64,000 bases of DNA from contig OX597815.1 of assembly GCA_951406725.2 (NCBI GenBank), positions 86,924,001 to 86,988,000 on the forward strand, written 5' to 3'. The translations under genes and the position numbers were made by a program. The DNA is from Octopus vulgaris. Taxonomy: Eukaryota. Shown piece by piece: positions 54,902 to 64,000 of the stretch; the stretch's first letter is position 1, and each line of letters starts with the position of its first letter. The notes under the pieces were generated by a model. That model worked only from the letters and a program-made list of their open reading frames with translations, did not search any database and was not told the DNA's origin.

Positions 54902-55150
54902 TATAAACAAAGGTATTTAAGAGATACCAACATGATTGAAATAGCAGACAAAACCTGACACTAAAACCATATTAAGTATTAAGTATTCAATACAGCACAA
55001 GATGAAAAGACAAAAGACAAATGAACTAGTAAAAATCTTTACTAGTTCATTTGCCTTTTGTCTTTTCACCTTGTGCTATATTGAATACTTGATGTGGTTT
55101 TGACTGCTATCTCAAGCATGGTGGTATATTTTAGATACCCTTGTTTATAT
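54902..55150. repeat. ~250-bp imperfect palindrome
   Basis: ...AAAAGACAAATGAACTAGTAAA-AATC-TTTACTAGTTCATTTGCCTTTT...; arms pair out to TATAAACAAAGGTAT / ATACCCTTGTTTATA. Confidence 0.85.
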
Positions 55151-56013
55151 ATATATATATATATACATATATATACATTATAACAAGTCAGAGGATATGA
55201 CTTATCACTTGTCATCCTTGGTGTTACAGCCGTTTCGCAGCCTTCGAGTAATAATAATTTCATTGTGTAATAAATTATTTACATGGCTGCACTAATATGT
55301 ATGCTACGAATTATACAATACAATTGTATATTTACTAATCAATGCAGATGAAGAAAGCTAGCACACCTGTGCATACAAAATTTTCTCTTCATATATACAA
55401 TGTATGGAAGACAGTAACTAGATAAAATTAGCTTGGTATGGTCAGTAAAAATGAATATATCTTGTTTCATGTCAATTAAGATGCTGGATGTAAGTTTAGT
55501 GAATTGATCATTCTTAGTGTTGACAAGGAAAAGAGGTAAGGTAGTTATAGTAAATATACAAAAGTTTTAAACGTAAATAAAAGTGCATATAAAATACAAT
55601 ATAAATGAATTCATTAGGGAACAGACAGCTGGAGATATAAAGATTAGACCAAGAATCAGTTTTAAACAACAGCAATTTTGAATTAAGGTTAAAAGGCCAA
55701 CGCATAAAATCTTATGAACCTTAATTTTAATCACATTTTCCAACTATACTTCGAAATACTTTAACTCAATGAATTGTAGGGAGACCAAAACAATACTCAC
55801 GCCTACGTAGAAGCATATGCATACAGGCATTAACATACTAAAAAATACACAACTACACTCACATACTTTTATACTCTTTTATCTACTAATATACATATGG
55901 AAGACACGGAGACAAACAGTAGTACACACATAAACATATACATATATGTATATATACACATAAGTACAAATACTATATATATATAAGAAAAAAGCAACAA
56001 GAATGGATCAATA

Positions 56014-56102
56014 TTTCGGTACAATTGTTTCGTACGAAGACAGCTTTATTAAGGCTGCAAATATTGCAGTAAATATAAGTGACCCGTACTCATCAGCCGA
56101 AA
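56014..56102 (-). ncRNA. Intact type-I hammerhead ribozyme with extended stem II
   Basis: UUUCGG-CUGAUGA-GUACGGG...CUGCAA[UAU]UUGCAG...UUCGUAC-GAAA-CAAUUG-UA-CCGAAA. All core nucleotides canonical; predicted cut between 56020 and 56019. Confidence 0.9.
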
Positions 56103-56668
56103 AAACATCTGGGTTCTCCAAACATCTAAGGGGGTGGTGATACACTCCTGAAACATCAGGGATAGTTCTATAAAAATAAGGTTTAGGTAACAAACGGACT
56201 TCTAAAAGTTCTTTTAGTGTTGCACAGTCATATAACGGGTTTTAAAAAAATATTTTTAAAAACCTCTTAGTTTCCCAGAAAATGAAAATGAGAATGTAAA
56301 TCCATCCATATTGAAGTAAGTTTGATTTCTGGAGATACGAGGAGAGGTATCATACTCACAGAAGATGCATTTATCCATAATTAGTCCATAATAAAATGTG
56401 TTTCCTGATGTGTAGTGATATACTGGTTACATTTCTGAGAATTTCTCCAAACTGCTATTTTAGAATTAAATTTGTTGAAGGAGAGTTAGTGAAGCGTAGA
56501 GACAATCTCACATAGGGTATATTAGGGTAACTGGGAGGGGAAGGGGATGTAAATGTCCAACTACGCAGAATAGTTTATTTTAGTGGAGACGAACTGACTG
56601 ATTCAGAATTTGCAAGAATCTAAGAGCTTTAAGGAGGAATGCTGATTTTGACCAAATACCGTCGTTAA

Positions 56669-59600
56669 TCTCTCTATATAAACGGCAGTTTGTCTGTGCG
56701 TGCTTCTGTGTGTCTGTTTTCTCGTACCCTCACCCTGACCACGGCTTTCAACCGATTCTGATGAAACTTGACACACACATAGCCCAATGTCATAATTCAA
56801 AACTAACGCAGCGAAAATTTTGAAAAGTTCCCCCAGTTCTGAAAAAAATTGATAAATTCGACATGGGGTCGAGAATCATAAACATGAACCACAGACTGTC
56901 TAGGGGACGCAACTCGAGAATCTAAGCTTTTTTTATGCAACGCATTATCTATGGTAGTTTTCACAACTTGCAATCGATTTTCACCAAACTCATGGTGAAG
57001 CTTAATGTTACCCTAAGAAACTCAATTCTGACTTTAGTTTTCCATGCAATACCTTACCATCAGAAACAATCGATAAAATCATGCCATTTTGGGAAATCGC
57101 GTTCAAATTCAAGATGACATATTTTCGACAATATCTTTTACAAATTGGCAGGAATCTTTTTTTTTTTCACAACGAGCATCATGTCTGCTCCAAGGAGCTA
57201 TATAGCCCTTTTTATTCCAATAGGATACATTATTGGAAAAAATCGGTTAATTTAATCATATGTGGCACACATAGCAAACAAATTTGTGTATTAAACACAA
57301 ACCAGACTGTCTAGGGGACGCAACTTGACCTTTTTAGCTATCGATAATTCGATCCAACCAATTCCTACCAGGAAGAAATTACATTCGAGACTTTACCCCC
57401 AACACCGCCACTTCTGCTAATAGCTGCTGCAGCCGCAAGTTATTCGAATACTTTTTTGGTTTAAACTTTCTTTATAACTACCACCCCAAACGTTTTACCT
57501 TCAATTTTTGACGTACCCTAACGGTCCTCGGACGCTACTTGCAAACTCTTGGTTTATTATAAACCACTTTTGTCGTGTGCATCAAAAAACTTTTCCTTTC
57601 GTTTGTTCAGTTTGATCACTTTTGACTTTTTCGTTGTTGTCACTCACATTGCTGCCAGCTTTTTGGCCGTTTTTGTACATTTTTATACATTTTCGGATAC
57701 TTACCCCACGAGCTCCTTTTTATTACACCTTTACCAAACACATTGCTATCCACCAAAATACTTACCCCACGTGTTCCTTTTTATTACACCTTTGCCAAAC
57801 ACATTGCTATCCACCAAAATGCCACCGAAGAAGAGAAGGACCCTCCTCAGCCCTCGGACGGCCAAGGCATCGGCTGCTAGGGCTAGAAGGGCACGCGAGA
57901 CCCACGAGGAAACCGCCTTGCGCCTCTCGCAAACAGCTTCCCGTTATGCCGCTGCTCAGGCATCTGAAACTACTAGCGACCGTTCTACCCGACTTGCAAG
58001 GGTCGCAGCGTACAGATCTTCCCTCCGCTCGAGGTTGACGAAAGAGCAACAGTCCAGCCAAAACATGCGGGCTTCTTACTGTGCTTCCATCCGCAGAGCT
58101 CGCGAGAACCCCGAACAAAGGGCCATTCGGAATGCGGCTAACGTCACTAGCACCGCCAGGACACGATCTGTCGAAACCTCACAGCAGAGGAGAACTCGCC
58201 AATGTGCTGACGCCGCAAACAAAGCCATGGCCAAAGCTGCCGAAACACCTCAACAGAGGAGAGCTCGCCAAGCTGCTAACGCCGCAAACAGCCAGGGCTC
58301 GATCTGCCGAAACTCCACACCAACGGACTATTCGGACATCCAGACATGCCATTAGCACTGCTTCTGCTAGGGCTTCAGAGGGTGCTGAGGCGAGAGCTGA
58401 AAGGCTTTCAAGGGATGCCACTGCTACCGCTGTCGCACGTGCATCTGAATCTGCTGAGGCACGGTGCACTCGACTTGAGAGTATCAACAAACGTCGGGAT
58501 ATCATTCGTGGTGTACGTACCCCTGCCCCCGCTTTCTGGTTGTCACTAGCATTCAACTACGACGCCACAATTAACTTCTCCTTGCGTGACGACATCAAGA
58601 TAGGGTCAATGACAATTGTATGCCAGTTTTGCAAAGCCAAGAAATGGCCCGGAGAGCCACCTGGTTTGTGCTGCTCTGGTGGCAAAGTGGACCTGCCACC
58701 CCTACGGGAACCACCTCAACCACTGAAGGATCTCGCGGCGGGTTTAACCCCCGATTCGTCACAATTCCTTGAAATAATTCGAAAGTACAACTGCTCATTC
58801 CAAATGACCTCTTTCGGGGCCAAAATTCCTCCCAGAGAAGGCTGGATGCCTACTTTCAAAGTGCAGGGACAGGTCTACCATCTTATTGGGTCACTTCTGC
58901 CAGACGAGATTCAGCAGTCTTCTTTCCTCCAAATATACTTCATTGCCGACTACAACCACCAGGTTGATGCACGCCTTGGAATAATACCGGGTACAAGCTA
59001 TGTTCCCCGCAAAGACATTCTTCTCCGTCTCCAAACCATGCTTCATGATATCAACAGCTACGTCTGCAGCTTCAGATATGCCTTGGACAGTGCTCCATCT
59101 CCAAACTTCACCGTTGTCATTGATGCTGATAAACGACCCCACGGGGAGCACGAACGCCGTTTCAACGCACCTGCGTGCAACGAAATTGCCGCAGTCATAC
59201 ACGGAGAGCAACACAACAGCCGTGACATAATCATCTCCTCCCGTGGTAACAACCTACACAGGATCAGCGAGACTCACAGATCTTATGACGCGCTTCAGTA
59301 TCCATTGCTTTTCCCTTATGGGGAAGACGGCTACCACTTCGGAATTCCTTTACGGCAGCCCTTCAATCAAACTACTGCGGCATCAAAGACGGTTTCCTGC
59401 AGGGCGTTCTACTCATACCGGTTCATGGTCAGGGAGGGTGAGTTCAACTTATCGCCCCGTTGTCGTCAGCTATTCAACCAGTTCGCCGTCGACATGGCCG
59501 CAAAAATGGAATCGGAAAGGCTGCTATACATTAAACTTAATCAGACCAAACTTCGCTCCGACTCCTACATTCATCTCCGTGACGGTTTGCAACAAGAAAA

Positions 59601-62600
59601 TGACCCTCGCAACATCGGCAAGCTATGCATTCTACCCTCCACCTTCACGGGAGGACCGCGATATATGCGTGAAAGGACCCAAGACGCCTTGACCTACGTG
59701 CGCATTTACGGCCGGCCGGACCTCTTTATCACCTACACGTGCAATCCCAGCTGCGACGAAATCACTCGCGAACTCCTCCCGGGTCAATCTCACACCCATC
59801 GACACGACATCGTTGCTTGGGTTTTCCGTCTGAATTTGGGCAAAATGAAGGATTTGATAGTTAAGGGTCAGATTTTCGGGCATGTCAGGTGCCACATGTT
59901 TTCGGTCGAGTGGCAAAAGAGGGGCTTGCCACATGCTCACATCTTAATTTGGCTCACTCATAAAATCGAGACTAATGACATTGACAAATTCATTTCCGCC
60001 GAGATTCCTGACCCCGATGAGGACCCCGGACTCTACGAAATTGTCCGCACTACCATGGTACACGGGCCCTGTGGACCAAATTACGCCAACACACCATGCT
60101 ACAAAAACGGATTAGCCTGCTCAAAGGGATTCCCTAAACGGTTCACTTTGGAGACTCAAACAGGCGGCGATGGGTATCCGCTGTACAAACGAAGGAGTCC
60201 AGCCAATGGAGGCCGCACGATTACGGTTGGGCGACATCAAGTGGACAACAGCTACATTGTCCCCTACTGTCCTCTCCTGTCGAAGATATTCAAAGCCCAC
60301 GTCAACGTTGAGTTCTGCAGCTCCATCAGGTCAATACAATATGTCTGCAAATATATCAACAAAGGCAGCGATGCTGCCATGTTCAGCATCCAGAGGACCA
60401 CCAGTCGCGACGAAGTGTCCAACTACTTGGCTGGCCGGTACCTCAGCAGCAACGAAGCGTTTTGGCGCATTTACAGCTTCCCGCTCCATCAGAGACACCC
60501 GGCTGTGGTGCAGCTTGCTGTACACTTGGAAAATGGACAGCGGATTTACTTCACAGAGCAAAGTGCTGTGCAGATAGCCACCAGCCCTAAAGACACAACG
60601 TTGACTGGTTTCTTCAAATTATGCCAACGTGATGACTTCGCTCGAACGCTTTTGTACCCACAGGTCCCATCGTACTTCGTGTGGTCTAAAAACACCTGGG
60701 TTCGACGGAAATCCGGCAAAAACGTCGAAAGCTTCCCAGGCGTCAAGTTTGACTCCTGCCTGGGTCGAGTTTACAACATCCCGCCAAACCAACAAGAATG
60801 CTTCTACCTCCGTCTCCTTCTACATGAGGTCACTGGTCCAACAGGTTTCGCCAATATACGTACCGTCAATGGGGTTCTGTGCGACACCTTCAGGGAAGCA
60901 TGTATGAGACTTGGCCTTCTAGAGGATGACTCCCAGTGGGACGCCACGATGGCAGAGGGTGCTTTACTGCAAACGCATTCGGCCCTACGACATCTTTTCG
61001 CAATCCTTCTTCAAAAATGTCAGCTTAGTGATCCACTAAGTCTCTGGATGAAATACAGGGATGACATGTCGCACGACTTCTTACGTACGGCTCAGCAACA
61101 CTGCCCTTCCGCCGAGATCACGTTCACCAACTTCATTTACAATTTTGCGCTCATTCAACTCGAAGACGCTGTCATCGATATGGGTGGGTCTGCTTTAACA
61201 GAGTACGGCCTTCCACCACCCACACGTGAACACGCCAATGTTATGTCTGCTGAATTGTTACGCGAAACTTCCTACTGCATTGAGGAACTGCACCAGTACG
61301 TCCAAGATAATGAACCACGGCTGCTTCCAGACCAGCGCATAGCCTACATCATCGTAGACTCTGTCAGACAGCAACGTGGGGGGATTTTCTTCCTTGATGC
61401 ACCCGGCGGCACTGGCAAAACCTTCGTCACTAAACTAATTCTGGCAGAGGTCAGACACAACACGGACATTGCCCTGGCTGTAGATTCCTCTGGTATCGCG
61501 GCCACGTTGCTTCCGGGTGGCAGAACCGCCCACTCTGCCTTCAGACTCCCGCTCGATCTGGCAAAGTCCGAGTCACCTATCTGCAACATCGCCAAGAACT
61601 CAGAACAGGCCGACATTCTGCGCAGATGCAAACTCATCGTATGGGACGAGTGCACTATGGCACACAAAGGCGCCCTTGAGGCACTGGAAAGGTCCCTGCA
61701 AGACATCAGAGACTCTACGGCGCCCATGGGAGGATTAACTTTACTTCTTTCAGGAGACTTCAGGCAGACTCTACCTGTTATTCCAAAAGGAACCCGTGCC
61801 GATGCCGTGCGCGCGTGCCTTAAGTCGTCAGCTCTTTGGGCACATGTGCGGCCCTTGCACCTCCAAACTAACATGTGCGCGCAGTTAATTGGTGACAGCG
61901 GATCCGCTGCATTCTCCAGGGACCTCTTATCGCTCGGTGAAAATAGGATGCTGTCTGATGCGGATGGCTACGTTCAGTTGGACTCACTTTGCACCATTGT
62001 CGACACCCCTGCTAGCCTCCGGGACGCTGTCTTCCACGACCTACAAAACAATTTACGCGACCTAAAATGGCTGGCAGGCAGAGCTATTCTCGCACCCAAA
62101 AATACAACCGTCAACTCCATCAATATCCAGCTACTTGAAGCTATTCCTGGTGATGTCCACGTCTACAAATCTATAGATAGGACAGCAGACCCCGCCCAGC
62201 TTGCCGATTATCCTGTTGAATTCCTGAATTCACTTGAACCGCCTGCCACACACATCCTGAAGTTAAAAGTCGGTGCGCCCATTATGCTCATCAGGAATTT
62301 GGTTCCACCTAAACAGTGCAACGGCACACGTTTGGTTGTGAAACATTTGGCACCACATTTAATAACGGCCACAATACTTACCGGTTGTGGGAAGGGAGAG
62401 GACGTCTTCATTCCACGGATGCACCTTCAGCCGTCGGGCGCTGACCTACCAATCCACTTCAGGCGTTCTCAGTTTCCTGTTAAACTCTGCTTCGCAATGT
62501 CCATCAATAAATCCCAAGGCCAAACGCTACAAGTCGCTGGGTTACATTTGGGCGAACAGTGCTTCGCCCACGGTCAACTCTACGTGGGCTGTTCACGCGT

Positions 62601-62801
62601 TGGGAGGCGCAATGATGTTTTCATGTTTTCGCCCAAACGGACAGCTAGGAACATCGTATATACAGAAGTATTCCAGTGAAGACAAGACATTGCAACGTCC
62701 ACATGCACCTTCGTTCCCTGGAGGGAAAGGACTACATTGGGATTAGTCGTTGCCTACTAGGGGCTCTTACATACCCGGGCAACGCCGGGCTATGCTGCTA
62801 G
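56669..62801 (+). mobile_element. Full-length Helitron (6133 bp)
   Basis: A|TCTCTCTATATAAACGG start; CCCGGGCAACGCCGGG hairpin then CTAG|T end; contains RepHel. Confidence 0.97.
57819..62679 (+). CDS. Helitron RepHel transposase (~1620 aa; HUH Rep + Pif1-like helicase), one frameshift near 58290
   Basis: MPPKKRR start, ETxxQR repeats, CxxC...CC zinc motif, FITYTCNP, VEWQKRGLPHAH, YVCKYINK, APGGTGKT, IVWDEC, GDFRQ, SINKSQGQT, HGQLYVGCSRV. Confidence 0.95.
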
Positions 62802-63347
62802 TTGCTATATAAAGAGGATATGGGAAGGTAAAGCAGGGTCAAAGATTATCACTATAGGAAAAAAACATTAGCAGATTTCAGTGCAAAACCAGAAAGGAGG
62901 TCATTTAATTTAATTTATTTATTTATTAATGTTACTACTAATACATTGGCAGACTAAGGGACTACATTAAGGGGTCAAAATAAGGGATTGAGAGTTATTT
63001 TTCATAATGAAAAATCGTTATATTATTTTTATGGGATTAGCAATATTTCTAGTAGTATATAAAAGAATTACGAAGTCTAATTAACTAATTTGCTATAAGT
63101 TGGTTTACCTAAATTAGATTAAACATTAGATAAAATTAATTTAAATTATCTATATAGTCTATTAAAATGAAAATTTATTTGCAACTAATTTATTTCTTTA
63201 TGTTTCAAACCTGGTACAGTTAGAGAGAAAATAACCAATGCCTATGAGCTCGTAGCTATCTAATTAAATATATATAATATATAAGAGTTTTGCTTTATTA
63301 GTATAAGCAAGATAGACAAATCACAAAATGATTTTTATATACGGTTA

Positions 63348-64000
63348 TCATTTAAAATATTTTAGAGTCTTAATCCTAGCGTGAATACAAGAGGGACCCA
63401 ATTCTATACGGTTATTCAACAAATTATCATTTCTTCTATGCATTAGTATTTCAAATGTTTCCATGGAGCAAAGTTGACAACCAACTCTGCTATTTTTATA
63501 AGGTATCGCTCTTCTAACTAATTCCCAATTAAGGTTATACTTAATATTATTATTTTTGAGTTCCCAGATCTTACTTGAAAGTGTGGTGCTATCAGCTTTA
63601 TGACGTAATTTGAAAGAAGAGAGATGATTGCTAAGACGTTTCTTAAAATTTATAGTACATCCTAAATAAATAAACTTGTTATTCTCTGTGGTTATGGTAC
63701 ATTTATAGATTACGTTGTTTAACCCGCATAGACCAGGTGCCGGGCATTTTGATCTAATTCTATAGTTACAACTAGGGGGATCATTTTCCGATGTGGAATT
63801 ACTCAAGGATAGATGTCTCATATTACTGCTATTCAAAACATTATGAGTATATTTTTCGTTATTATGGTTACTGCTGCTATCTAAAATAGTGTTATCGTTA
63901 TTATAGTTAATGTTGTTATCTAAAGCAGTATTATCATTTATCGGTCTTTCTATACTATCATTTAATTCTATAGTCCTACCATAGTTACTAACATTATTGG
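63348..64000 (-). mobile_element. Penelope-like element GIY-YIG endonuclease region (continues off window)
   Basis: CNYRIRSKCP...C...VIYKCTI...IYLGCT..FKKRLSNH...LSSKIWELK...CQLCSME, preceded by Asn-rich linker. Confidence 0.92.

Noticed and set aside
58081-58290. ORF-track start of the 1532-aa protein
   Set aside because: GTG start in the wrong frame upstream of the frameshift; the real N-terminus is likely ATG 57819.

Overview
Eukaryotic, AT-rich, microsatellite-saturated DNA. The repeat landscape is most like a cephalopod (Octopus-type) genome; this is an inference from SINE style and (TA)n/(CATA)n/(GATA)n density. The only host coding piece I recognise is one 222-bp exon of an HSPA12-type gene (29940-30161, minus), so much of the window is probably giant intron. 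The rest is mobile DNA: a 6.1-kb Helitron with a single-frameshift RepHel gene, five non-autonomous Helitrons, several Penelope-like elements (PLEs), CR1-, Tx1/L1- and R4-type LINE fragments, Tc1/mariner/Tigger relics, MITEs and tRNA-derived SINEs. The main hidden signal is 11 type-I hammerhead ribozyme (HHR) motifs, intact to partly decayed, plus fainter relics, from about 8 sequence families. They have family-specific palindromic stem III and are carried by PLE tails and small fold-back elements. One is a tRNA-headed, HHR-tailed SINE with a PLE-style inverted terminal copy and a candidate TSD (1472-2620). Most ORFs in the supplied track are microsatellite artefacts. All structures were read by eye, not computed.
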